DNA of 64,000 nt, taken from Actinomycetota bacterium. GTDB lineage: Bacteria; Actinomycetota; UBA4738; HRBIN12. The notes beneath the pieces are model-generated. The model ran no database searches. It was not told the DNA's origin and was given only the letters and a program-made list of their open reading frames with translations. The position numbers and the translations under genes were made by a program. Below, in pieces: positions 8,592-16,823 of the stretch (positions within the stretch are counted from its first letter, which is position 1; each line of letters starts with the position of its first letter). The stretch spans positions 11 to 64,010 of the forward strand of contig JBGGNG010000152.1 of assembly GCA_041287635.1 (NCBI GenBank). The letters run 5' to 3'.

Positions 8592-8853
8592 GCGGTTTGA
8601 CATCGGTTCCGCGACGCGGATACGTTGCACCTGCAAATCCGACCTGAGGGGTACGAATCAACGTGATCCGCACGCGCACGGCCGGGCTGGTGGGGGCCAT
8701 GATTCCCTCGCGCCTCTGCGGCATGGCCGCGACCTGCGGCGCCTCGAGCGCCGACCCGCGCGCGCGGACCTGACCTTCCCCACTCACCACCGCACCGCCC
8801 GGGCCGCCGCGATCGGCGGCCCTTCGCGTTCCCCGGACCGGCAGCACCGGACG

Positions 8854-10581
8854 ATGCCTATGACCGACACCTCGACCCCGGCCCCACGAACCCCACGCCC
8901 TCGCGGCGAGGGGCAGTGGGGCATGGGTTACCACGAGCCACTGAACCCAGCCGAGCAGATCAAGAAGGAAGACGACGGACTCAACGTCCGCGAGCGGATC
9001 GAACACATCTTTGCGCCCGGCGGCTTCCGATCGATCGGCAAGCAGGACCTGCGCAGCCGCATGCGGTGGTGGGGGTTGTACACGCAGCGCACGCAGGGCG
9101 TGCCGGGCGACCGCACCGGCAGCGCCGAGCCCGAGGAGCTCGAGGACGAGTTCTTCATGATGCGCATCCGCATCGACGGCGGGGCGATGACCGCCGACCA
9201 GCTCCGGGCGATCGCGTGGGCGAGTGAGCGCTTCGGCCGCGACGTCGCCGACGTGACCGATCGCCAGAACGTGCAGCTGCACTGGATCCGCATCGAGGAC
9301 GTGCCTCCGATCTGGGAGCGCATCGAGTCGGTCGGCCTGTCGACGCAGGAAGCTTGCGGCGACACGCCGCGCGTGATCCTCGGCTGCCCACTCGCGGGGG
9401 TCACCGCCGACGAGGTATTCGACGCGACGCCCGATGTCCGGGCGGTCGCGGAGCGGTTCGTCGGCGACCCGGCGTTCTCGAACCTGCCGCGCAAGTACAA
9501 GACCTCGATCAGCGGGTGCGCCGCCGGATGCACGAACCACGAGATCAACGACGTCTCCTTCGTGGGCGTGGCCGGACCCGGCGGCGAGCTCGGGTACGAC
9601 CTGCAGGTGGGGGGCGGCCTCTCGACGAACCCGATGTTCGCGCAGCGCCTGGGCGCGTTCGTGCCCCGCGAGCGCGTCCCGGAGGTCTGGGCGGGGGTCA
9701 CGGCGTTGTTCCGCGAGTACGGCTACCGGCGCTCGCGCAACCACGCCCGCCTGAAGTTCCTCGTGAAGGACTGGGGCGCCGAACGCGTGCGTGAGGTGCT
9801 GGAGCGGGAGTTCCTCGAACACGGGCACCTGGCCGACGGACCCCCACCCCAACCGGCGCCGATGGGGGCCCGGGAGCACCTCGGGGTGATGCCGCAACGC
9901 GACGGCCGGGTGTCGGTGGGGTTCGCCCCTCGGGCGGGTCGCGTCGCCGGGCACCAACTGCGCCTCGTCGCCGATCTGGCCGACAGGTTCGGCTCGGGAT
10001 CGGTTCGGGCGACCGCACAGCAGAAGCTCGTGATCGTCGACGTGCAGGCATCCCGGGCCGACGAGCTCGTCGCCGACCTCGACGGGCTCGACCTGCGAGC
10101 TCGCGGCAGCGTCTTCCGGCGGTCGACCATGGCGTGCACGGGCATCGAGTTCTGCAAGCTCGCGATCGGCGAGACCAAGGGCCGGGCGACCTGGATCACG
10201 AGCGAGCTCGAGGCTCGGATGCCGGACTTCGACGAGGATGTGCGGATCCACGTGAACGGGTGCCCGAACTCGTGCGCACGGTTCCAGGTCGCGGACATCG
10301 GACTGATGTCGGCGCTGCGCGCGAGACCCGACGGCACGAAGAGCGACGCGTTCCTCGTGCATCTGGGGGGCACGATGGGCGACGGCGCGGCTTTCGGCCG
10401 CAAGGTCCGCGGGGTGAAGGTCTACGCCGAGGACACCGCCGACTACCTCGAGCTGCTGCTGCGCCGCTACGGAAGCCAGCGTGCCGACGGCGACACGTTC
10501 TCGTCGTTCGTGAACGGCCTCGACGCCGATGCGCTGGCACGGTTCGCGGAGCCCGCGGCCGCCCACGGGGAGCTGCGATGA
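8854..10581 (+). CDS. sirA: Ferredoxin-dependent sulfite reductase (NirA/SirA family, sirohaem-4Fe4S)
   Basis: 575 aa starting at MPMTDTS. Nitrite/sulfite reductase repeats with the Cys cluster (CTGIEFCKLA...NGCPNSCAR). Sits directly upstream of cysH and siroheme genes. Confidence 0.85.
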   Translation: MPMTDTSTPAPRTPRPRGEGQWGMGYHEPLNPAEQIKKEDDGLNVRERIEHIFAPGGFRSIGKQDLRSRMRWWGLYTQRTQGVPGDRTGSAEPEELEDEFFMMRIRIDGGAMTADQLRAIAWASERFGRDVADVTDRQNVQLHWIRIEDVPPIWERIESVGLSTQEACGDTPRVILGCPLAGVTADEVFDATPDVRAVAERFVGDPAFSNLPRKYKTSISGCAAGCTNHEINDVSFVGVAGPGGELGYDLQVGGGLSTNPMFAQRLGAFVPRERVPEVWAGVTALFREYGYRRSRNHARLKFLVKDWGAERVREVLEREFLEHGHLADGPPPQPAPMGAREHLGVMPQRDGRVSVGFAPRAGRVAGHQLRLVADLADRFGSGSVRATAQQKLVIVDVQASRADELVADLDGLDLRARGSVFRRSTMACTGIEFCKLAIGETKGRATWITSELEARMPDFDEDVRIHVNGCPNSCARFQVADIGLMSALRARPDGTKSDAFLVHLGGTMGDGAAFGRKVRGVKVYAEDTADYLELLLRRYGSQRADGDTFSSFVNGLDADALARFAEPAAAHGELR

Positions 10582-10727
10582 CGGGCGTGCGCGCGGTGCC
10601 CTTCTACTGCCCGTTCTGCGGCGAGCAGGACATCCGGCCCGACGACGCCGCCACGACGGCATGGCGTTGCGAGTCGTGCGAGCGCGGCTTCGAGTTGACC
10701 GCGATCACCGTCGGGGGTGGGGGCTGA
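10578..10727 (+). CDS. Small four-Cys zinc-ribbon protein
   Basis: 49 aa with CPFC...CESC. Its start overlaps the sirA stop (ATGA) and its stop overlaps the cysH start (TGATG). A small ORF occupies the same position in other actinobacterial sirA-cysH clusters. Confidence 0.6.
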   Translation: MTGVRAVPFYCPFCGEQDIRPDDAATTAWRCESCERGFELTAITVGGGG

Positions 10728-11554
10728 TGGCCGACTCGGATCCGCGGGCACCCTGGCACGAGCCGGCGATGCCGGTCCTCGACGAGGAAGCCGCGTGGGT
10801 GCACGACGCCGCCCAGCGGTTCGAGCACTCGAGGGCCGAGGAGCTGCTCGGATGGGCGCTCGACAGCTTCCACCCGAAGCTCGCGATCAGCGCGGCGGGC
10901 GGCGTCGACGGCATGGTGCTGATCGATATGGCGTGGCGGCTGGATCCCGCCGTGCGCGTGTTCACCCTCGACACGGGGCGACTGCCACCCGAGACGTACA
11001 CGCTCTTCGAGGAGGTCCGGGAGCGCTACGGCATCGCCGTCGAGTTCGAGTACCCCGACACGTCGGCGGTCGCCTCCCTCGTGAACCGCGAAGGCCCGAA
11101 CCTCATGTATCGGGGCGTGGACCTGCGGCTCGCGTGCTGCGCCGTGCGCAAGGTCGAGCCGCTCCGGCGCAAGCTGGCCTCCCTCGACGCGTGGATCGCC
11201 GGCCTGCGCCGGGAACAGTGGGCCTCGCGCCGCAACATCGCCAAGGTCGAGCTCGATCGCGACCACGGCGGCATCGTGAAGCTGAACCCGCTCGCCGACT
11301 GGACCCTCGACCAGGTCTGGGACTACGTGCGCACGCACGAAGTGCCCTCCCACGAGCTCTTCGACCACGGGTACACCTCGATCGGATGTGCGCCGTGCAC
11401 CCGTCCGGTCGAGCCGGGGGAACCCGAACGGGCAGGTCGGTGGTGGTGGGAGCACGACACCGCGAAGGAATGCGGCATCCACTGCAGCGTGGAGCTCGCG
11501 GGGTCACGGAGCGATCGCGAGAAGGCGGAAGCCGCCGTTGAAGGAGGCTCGTGA
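10727..11554 (+). CDS. cysH: Adenylylsulfate (APS)/PAPS reductase, Fe-S type
   Basis: 275 aa. It has a PAPS-reductase fold, a CC pair (LACCAVRK), CAPC and the C-terminal KECGIH motif. Confidence 0.9.
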   Translation: MADSDPRAPWHEPAMPVLDEEAAWVHDAAQRFEHSRAEELLGWALDSFHPKLAISAAGGVDGMVLIDMAWRLDPAVRVFTLDTGRLPPETYTLFEEVRERYGIAVEFEYPDTSAVASLVNREGPNLMYRGVDLRLACCAVRKVEPLRRKLASLDAWIAGLRREQWASRRNIAKVELDRDHGGIVKLNPLADWTLDQVWDYVRTHEVPSHELFDHGYTSIGCAPCTRPVEPGEPERAGRWWWEHDTAKECGIHCSVELAGSRSDREKAEAAVEGGS

Positions 11555-12204
11555 TGCCGTTCGGCTATCCCGTGATGCTCGAGCTGTCGGGGCGACGGTG
11601 CGTCGTGATCGGCGCCGATGCCGTACGAGAAGGCAAGGTCGAGGCGATGATCGCCGCCGGTGCCGACGACGTGCTGGTCGTGGCGTCGGGTCCGGCGGAC
11701 GCACTCGACGGACTCGCGAGGATCGACGGCGTTGCCGTGGAACGCCGCTCGTGGCGCGCCGCCGACCTGAACGGGGCGTTCCTCGTAGTGGCGGCGAGCC
11801 GCGACCACGGCGAACGCGACGCGATCGCCCGTGAAGCCCGCTGCCGCCGGGTGCTCATCAACGTGATGGACGACATCCCCAACTGCGACTGGTCGGCGCC
11901 GAGCGTCGTGCGCCGTGGTGAGCTCGTACTGGCGATCGCGACCGGAGGCGCGTCACCGGCCCTGGCGAAGAAGTTGCGCGCGCAACTATCGGCGTCCCTC
12001 GGCGAGGAGTGGTCCGAGGTCCTGGCGGTCCTGCGTACGGTGCGCGCCGAGACGATGCCGGCGCTGCCCGACTTCACGATCCGGGCTCAGCGATGGGCCG
12101 AGGCGCTCGACCTCGACGAGGCGGCCACCCTCGCGCGCGAGGGGCGTGGCGACGAGCTCGCCGCCAGGCTCCGTGAGCGCCTGCTGCAGGAGGCGCCGGC
12201 ATGA
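11551..12204 (+). CDS. Precorrin-2 dehydrogenase / sirohydrochlorin ferrochelatase (SirC/Met8/CysG-N-like)
   Basis: 217 aa with an N-terminal Rossmann-like segment (RRCVVIGADAVREGKV). Sits between cysH and the uroporphyrinogen methyltransferase, with 4-nt overlaps on both sides. Confidence 0.7.
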   Translation: MMPFGYPVMLELSGRRCVVIGADAVREGKVEAMIAAGADDVLVVASGPADALDGLARIDGVAVERRSWRAADLNGAFLVVAASRDHGERDAIAREARCRRVLINVMDDIPNCDWSAPSVVRRGELVLAIATGGASPALAKKLRAQLSASLGEEWSEVLAVLRTVRAETMPALPDFTIRAQRWAEALDLDEAATLAREGRGDELAARLRERLLQEAPA

Positions 12205-12986
12205 CCGGGCGCGTGGTGCTCGTCGGTGCGGGCCCCGGCGATCCGGAGCTGATCACCGTGAAGGGAGCCAGGGCCCTCGCCGTGGCCGACGTCGTCGTCT
12301 ACGACCGCCTCGCCGCCCCGGCCCTGCTCGACCTGGTCCCGCCGGGCGCCCGCCGCATCTACGCCGGCAAAGAGCCTGGCAAGCAGGCGATGGGGCAGCA
12401 TGAGATCGGTGTTCTGCTCGTGCAGGAGGCCGCGCGCGGCCATGTGGTCGTGCGCCTCAAGGGGGGCGACCCGTTCGTCTTCGGGCGCGGTGGCGAGGAG
12501 ATGCTCGCATGCGAGGAAGCCGGCATCCCGGTCGAGATCGTCCCCGGCATCACCAGCGCCGTCGCGGCACCGGCCGCGGCCGACATCCCCCTGACCCATC
12601 GCTCGATCGCACGATCCTTCGCCGTGGTCACCGGGTCGACCGCCCACGCCGAGGACACCGTCGATCTCACTCGCATGGCGATCGCCACCGACACGCTCGT
12701 CGTGTTGATGGCGGCCGGGAGGCTGGCCGAGACGTGCGCCACGCTGATCGACGCCGGGCGGCCCGGGTCGACACCCGCCGCGGTCGTGCAGTGGGCGTGG
12801 ACCGACGACCAGCGCACCGTCGTCGGCACCCTCGACGACCTGCCCACGCTCGCGGCGGCTGCGAGCATCGGGCCCCCCGCAACGCTCGTGATCGGCGACG
12901 TCGTCTCGGTGCCGAGGTCGGTGGCGCCCGCCGGAGATCCTCGTCCCGCGGCGACGACGCGTGTGGACCGAACCACTCCTGGGTAA
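12201..12986 (+). CDS. cobA: Uroporphyrinogen-III C-methyltransferase
   Basis: 261 aa with VVLVGAGPGDPELITVKG...VVRLKGGDPFVFGRGGEE. Confidence 0.9.
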   Translation: MTGRVVLVGAGPGDPELITVKGARALAVADVVVYDRLAAPALLDLVPPGARRIYAGKEPGKQAMGQHEIGVLLVQEAARGHVVVRLKGGDPFVFGRGGEEMLACEEAGIPVEIVPGITSAVAAPAAADIPLTHRSIARSFAVVTGSTAHAEDTVDLTRMAIATDTLVVLMAAGRLAETCATLIDAGRPGSTPAAVVQWAWTDDQRTVVGTLDDLPTLAAAASIGPPATLVIGDVVSVPRSVAPAGDPRPAATTRVDRTTPG

Positions 12987-13041
12987 CCCGCCCATACCGA
13001 CGCCGGGCATCTCGCCCGGCACGAGCGATGGGAGGATCGAC

Positions 13042-13494
13042 ATGGCGAGTCGCATGGCCGAACGCATGGGCGATCTCGGCGATCGAGCCCGGGAACGCAT
13101 GACGGAGACACGTCTGGACAAGATGGATCGGGAGAACGACCGTCTCAAGCACGAGGTGCGCCTGCTCCGCGAGGACCTGCACGAAGAGCGTGGTTCGCTG
13201 TCGCGAGCGCTCGACGCGCTGGCTCGCAACGAGCACGTGACCGTGGAGACGAAGACGCCGAGGCGCCGCGGCAGGATCGTCCGCACCCTGGTGATCGGTG
13301 GGGGAGCCTACGTGTTGGGGACCCGAGCCGGGCGGGAGCGCTACGACCAGATCGTGGGGAAGCTCCGCGCGATGAGGTCCTCCGTCCAGGACCGGCAGGA
13401 TTCGACCGGCGAGCAGGCTCCGTGGCAGGCAGCGAGCCCTGACTCGGCACGGACCGCCATGACACGGTCGTCTGAAACGACGCCCACCGTCTGA
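13042..13494 (+). CDS. Hypothetical coiled-coil protein
   Basis: 150 aa from MASRMAERMG. GGGAGGA RBS lies 6 nt upstream. Charged heptad-like N-terminus and one hydrophobic segment. Confidence 0.5.
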   Translation: MASRMAERMGDLGDRARERMTETRLDKMDRENDRLKHEVRLLREDLHEERGSLSRALDALARNEHVTVETKTPRRRGRIVRTLVIGGGAYVLGTRAGRERYDQIVGKLRAMRSSVQDRQDSTGEQAPWQAASPDSARTAMTRSSETTPTV

Positions 13495-13509
13495 TTGCGA
13501 TCTACGGGC

Positions 13510-13548
13510 ACGAACGGGCGCGAGGGATACATCCTCGCGCCCGTTCGT
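13510..13548. terminator. Bidirectional hairpin between convergent genes
   Basis: Perfect 16-bp stem (ACGAACGGGCGCGAGG / CCTCGCGCCCGTTCGT) with a 7-nt loop. Confidence 0.6.
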
Positions 13549-13588
13549 ACGTTCGGGGGACACGGCCCCTCAAGGACCGACCTCCCGA

Positions 13589-13891
13589 TCACGACCTTCC
13601 GTCGGCGTGAGGGTCCTCCGTGCGCAGGCTCGGGTAGGTGGCCACCAAGGCTCCGATCGCCGTACAAACCAGCGCGGCACCGACCGAGACGATCCACGAC
13701 ATCGACTCGCCGTCGTCGCGGACGAGCTCAGCCAGAAGCCACCCGGCAGGGATACCGACCAGCAGTCCCCACACGCCGCCGATGATCATGTACCGCAGTT
13801 GGCGTCGCACCGTCCTCGGGGCGCCGACCACCTGGTCAGGCGGCCGGTCGAGGGGCTCGCCGGTCGCGGGATGGGTCGATGATCGCCTCAT
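13589..13891 (-). CDS. Small membrane protein
   Basis: 100 aa with two hydrophobic helices. Its start overlaps the stop of the upstream acidic-protein ORF. Confidence 0.45.
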   Translation of the reverse strand: MRRSSTHPATGEPLDRPPDQVVGAPRTVRRQLRYMIIGGVWGLLVGIPAGWLLAELVRDDGESMSWIVSVGAALVCTAIGALVATYPSLRTEDPHADGRS

Positions 13892-14079
13892 GCGTCGCCT
13901 TCGCCGTCCGTCGGGCCGGGCACGGGCTGACCGATCTCCGGGCTCTCGGGCTCGAGCGTGCGCTCCAACGCGTCGTCCTCGCTCTCAGGCAACTCCTCGG
14001 GGCGTTCGCCTTCCGGCAGTTCCTCGGGCATCCCGCGTCCTGGCGTCTCGATGTGCACGTGGGCTCCTTCCCGGCTCAC
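13888..14079 (-). CDS. Small acidic hypothetical protein
   Basis: 63 aa, Glu/Pro-rich. A stress-type promoter candidate lies just upstream. Confidence 0.4.
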   Translation of the reverse strand: MSREGAHVHIETPGRGMPEELPEGERPEELPESEDDALERTLEPESPEIGQPVPGPTDGEGDA

Positions 14080-14105
14080 GCACCGTGCGCCGAGCCGGGG
14101 TCACC

Positions 14106-14131
14106 TTTCCCGGCACCGCCGGATGGGAAAC
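14106..14131 (-). promoter_or_regulatory. SigmaB/SigF-type promoter candidate (GTTT-N16-GGGAAA)
   Basis: The minus strand reads GTTTCCCATCCGGCGGTGCCGGGAAA, about 27 nt upstream of ATG 14079. Confidence 0.4.
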
Positions 14132-14179
14132 GGGTGTGGGAACGACACTGAGTGGCGAGGAGTAAACCCACGGCAGCAG

Positions 14180-14212
14180 AACGGCCCGCCCGGCTGCGCC
14201 GGGCGGGCCGTT
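14180..14212 (-). terminator. Hairpin downstream of csbD-like gene
   Basis: 14-bp perfect stem (AACGGCCCGCCCGG / CCGGGCGGGCCGTT) with a 5-nt loop, 18 nt after the stop codon. Confidence 0.5.
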
Positions 14213-14229
14213 GCTCTGAGACGTCTACG

Positions 14230-14415
14230 TCAGCGGTCGCCGTCGAGCGCGTCGTGCACCTTCTCCTTGACGGTGTCGACTGCGTCGCCGGCCTTCTCCT
14301 TCACGTCGGCGCCGGCGCGGTCCATCTTGCCCTCACGCTCGAGCCGTTCGTCGTCGGTCAGGTCGCCGACGTTCTCCTTGATCGTTCCCTTCGCCTTGTC
14401 CACGTGCTCACCCAT
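14230..14415 (-). CDS. CsbD-family general stress protein
   Basis: 61 aa: MGEHVDKAKGTIKENVGDLTDDERLEREGKMDRAGADVKEKAGDAVD. Confidence 0.85.
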   Translation of the reverse strand: MGEHVDKAKGTIKENVGDLTDDERLEREGKMDRAGADVKEKAGDAVDTVKEKVHDALDGDR

Positions 14416-14441
14416 CGCGATCCCTCCGTTCGTCGTCGGTA

Positions 14442-15185
14442 CTAGAGCGTGCCGGTGCCCACCTCGGGCACCGCTTCGTCGTCGTTGCCTCGTGACTGGA
14501 CCTCGGCCTGGACATCGCGGGCCGTGGACTCGGCCGAATGGCTCCAGCGCTCGAGCCAACGGCGGGCGATCGGGATGCCCCCGACGCCGAACGCGACGAC
14601 CGCCGAGCCGACCACCATGATCAGCAGCGCGTAGAAGAGCCCGGTCACGATCGCGGGTGCGACCTGCAGTTGATCGAGAGCGGCGAAGATCCCGACCACC
14701 AGGATCGCGATGCCCGCGCCCTTGGCGATCACGGAGCCGCCGCGCACCGCGCCGAGCATCGGCTCGAGGACGTCGGTCAACGCCCTCGCGAGCACGGCCG
14801 CGATCACCAGGATCACGACGGCGACGATCAGGTTCGGCAGGTAGGCGATCAGCCCTTCCAGCAGGTCGCTGATCGGGTTCGGACCCCAGATGCCGAACGC
14901 GAGTTGCAGCGCGATCAGGAACACGAGCCAGAAGACGATCACGCCGATCACGTCCGACGGATCGGTCTTGCTGCGCTCGAACGCCTGGCGCATCGACCCC
15001 CGCTCCACGAGGTTGTCGAAGCCCACCCGCTCCAGCAGCGCATCAGCGAGCTTCGACAGCGCCTTCGCGACGAAGTAGCCGATCAGCAGGATCACGAAGA
15101 AGCCCAGAAGCTTCGGGGCGAACGTGACGACGTCGGCCCATGCCTCTTCCAGACCTTGCTCGATGTCGATCTGTGCCAGCACCAT
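14442..15185 (-). CDS. Membrane protein with conserved-TM-helix repeats (mechanosensitive-channel-associated type)
   Basis: 247 aa with repeated helix units (APKLLGFFVILLIGYFVAKAL...; YLPNLIVAVVILVIAAVLARAL...). Confidence 0.65.
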   Translation of the reverse strand: MVLAQIDIEQGLEEAWADVVTFAPKLLGFFVILLIGYFVAKALSKLADALLERVGFDNLVERGSMRQAFERSKTDPSDVIGVIVFWLVFLIALQLAFGIWGPNPISDLLEGLIAYLPNLIVAVVILVIAAVLARALTDVLEPMLGAVRGGSVIAKGAGIAILVVGIFAALDQLQVAPAIVTGLFYALLIMVVGSAVVAFGVGGIPIARRWLERWSHSAESTARDVQAEVQSRGNDDEAVPEVGTGTL

Positions 15186-15197
15186 GAGAGGCCTCCG

Positions 15198-15395
15198 TCA
15201 GTCCAGGATGCTCACGCCACCGGGGCCGACCAGCAGGCCAGCGATGATCAGCAGGATGCCCCAGAGCAATGCCCCACGAACGATGGACACGATGCCTACG
15301 ACCACAAGCACAGCGGCGATGATCCACAGGATCGTGTCCGTGGCACCCTCATTCCCCCCGTTCTGGGCGAGCAGCGCAAAACCAGTCTGCAACAT
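15198..15395 (-). CDS. Small membrane protein ending in a GPGG motif
   Basis: 65 aa from MLQTGFALL with two TM helices and ...LLVGPGGVSILD. The longer start at 15455 would overlap the promoter candidate. Confidence 0.55.
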   Translation of the reverse strand: MLQTGFALLAQNGGNEGATDTILWIIAAVLVVVGIVSIVRGALLWGILLIIAGLLVGPGGVSILD

Positions 15396-15447
15396 GATTC
15401 CCTCCCTCAGCGCGCACGGTGCGCGGTCATGGATGTCGGGAGGTGTC

Positions 15448-15473
15448 TTGTCCATCCATGCCGGTCGGCAAAC
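15448..15473 (-). promoter_or_regulatory. SigmaB/SigF-type promoter candidate (GTTT-N16-GGACAA)
   Basis: The minus strand reads GTTTGCCGACCGGCATGGATGGACAA, upstream of the operon of small membrane protein, TM-repeat protein and CsbD. Confidence 0.4.
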
Positions 15474-15491
15474 CTCGCCGAGGGTGTCGAG

Positions 15492-15713
15492 TCAGGCCCG
15501 ACGGGTCCCGAAGCGTCGGTGCAAGAGCCCGCGCAGCCAGCCGACACGGCTCGACGCCTGATCGGCCTTCACGGCGGCGTCGTCAAGCACCTCGGCGACC
15601 TGGGGGTCGTCGTTCACCTTCGCGGCCTGTTCGATCGCCTCTGCGGTCTCGATCGAGGCCGCATGCGCGGCGTCGGCTCCGGCGAGCTCCGAGGGGTCTT
15701 CTTCGGCTGGCAT
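15492..15713 (-). CDS. Small acidic hypothetical protein
   Basis: 73 aa from MPAEEDPSEL. It sits 11 nt after the upstream C45-family gene. Support is weak. Confidence 0.3.
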   Translation of the reverse strand: MPAEEDPSELAGADAAHAASIETAEAIEQAAKVNDDPQVAEVLDDAAVKADQASSRVGWLRGLLHRRFGTRRA

Positions 15714-15724
15714 CGACACCCAAC

Positions 15725-16732
15725 CTACAACGACGGTGGGGATGGCGGGAACACGACCTCGTGCTCGCCTTCGGCGAACGAGTCGAACCGCAGAGGGAGC
15801 CTGAACGTGGGCCAGGCGTACGTGATGTCGCCCTCCGCCGGGTCGTACGCGGCCGTGTACACGGTGCCCCGGCCGACGTCGTGAGCGAGGCTGTACAGCG
15901 GCGGCACGAGGAACGCACCGAGGAACCGTTCGCGGTCGACATCGGGATCGTCGAGCAGTCGCAGCAGCCACCACTCCCGCTGCAGCGTGCTCTCTGCCAA
16001 CACCGGATCCCACGACTCCACCGCCCACTGGTGGTTCACGGCGATCGGCAATCGCCGGAACGACGGCGGACGATCGGGGTTCAGGTAGGCGGTGATCACG
16101 CCTCCCCCCGCGTCGACGATCGTGAGGTTGTGGGTGTGGGCGATCGGCAAGCGCGCGAGCACGGCGCGCGCGTCGTCGACCGTCTCGCACGTCTCGAGCA
16201 GGTAGCGGATCACGATCGGCACGCCGAACCCTTCGCCCATCGACGCCCGCCCACCGAACGTGAGTGAGACGGCCAACCCGCGATCGTTCATCCCGTCACA
16301 GAGCCCCCAGACCGCGTCGGTCACCCCGATCACACCGGCGCCCGTGAAGGCACTCCGCAGGATCACGGCGTCCATCAGCTCGGCGGGGTAGTCGTAGTTG
16401 CGCACGAGGCGCGGACCACGCTCACCCTCCTGCAGCACGGCCTGCGAACAGGCAATCGCCGCCCCCGGAGGCTTCCACATCGTGAACATGCGGGCGAAGA
16501 CGGGATCGTCGCCGCCGACCTCACGCACCATCGCCTCGTAGATCGGCAGCAGCTCGGGCATGTGCACCGTGAGCGCATCGACACCTTCGGCCACCGAGGG
16601 ACGGGCCTCGTCGCCGTCCTGCAGGTACCACGCGGCGTACGCCTGCGCCCTCGTCGAGAACACCGCCGCGAGCTTCGAGCCGGGGTGCGACTCGTCGATC
16701 GTTCGGAACATGGCTCCGGGTACCATCGCCAT
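15725..16732 (-). CDS. C45-family Ntn-hydrolase (acyl-CoA:6-APA acyltransferase-like peptidase)
   Basis: 335 aa. Candidate nucleophile context AIACSQAV plus LVRNYDY...GMNDRGLAVSLTF, typical of the family. Confidence 0.6.
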   Translation of the reverse strand: MAMVPGAMFRTIDESHPGSKLAAVFSTRAQAYAAWYLQDGDEARPSVAEGVDALTVHMPELLPIYEAMVREVGGDDPVFARMFTMWKPPGAAIACSQAVLQEGERGPRLVRNYDYPAELMDAVILRSAFTGAGVIGVTDAVWGLCDGMNDRGLAVSLTFGGRASMGEGFGVPIVIRYLLETCETVDDARAVLARLPIAHTHNLTIVDAGGGVITAYLNPDRPPSFRRLPIAVNHQWAVESWDPVLAESTLQREWWLLRLLDDPDVDRERFLGAFLVPPLYSLAHDVGRGTVYTAAYDPAEGDITYAWPTFRLPLRFDSFAEGEHEVVFPPSPPSL

Positions 16733-16823
16733 CGGCGGTTCCTCCTACCGGCTCGTCTCACGTACGCTCCTGCAAGGCTACGCGTCTGCGACGCCGAGAC
16801 GACGACCAGGCACGAGGCTCCGG

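Noticed and set aside
8637-8853. A SAM-type (for example SAM-IV) riboswitch in the long sirA leader.
   Set aside because: I could not recognise the conserved core by eye. Only a simple GC hairpin is evident. This needs an Rfam covariance search to exclude it formally.
7654-10662. Very long ORFs on the strand opposite to clear genes. Examples are 7654-10662 (-), 35068-38541 (+), 25954-27759 (-), 57584-60166 (+) and 44729-45865 (+).
   Set aside because: These are typical shadow ORFs of a 70% GC genome. Their translations are Arg/Pro/Gly/Ala-rich with no motifs, and they overlap genes with unmistakable family signatures (sirA, Mo-hydroxylase, ABC exporter, gyrB). Only the terminal segments that extend beyond the real genes were kept (7654-8106 and 37453-38541).
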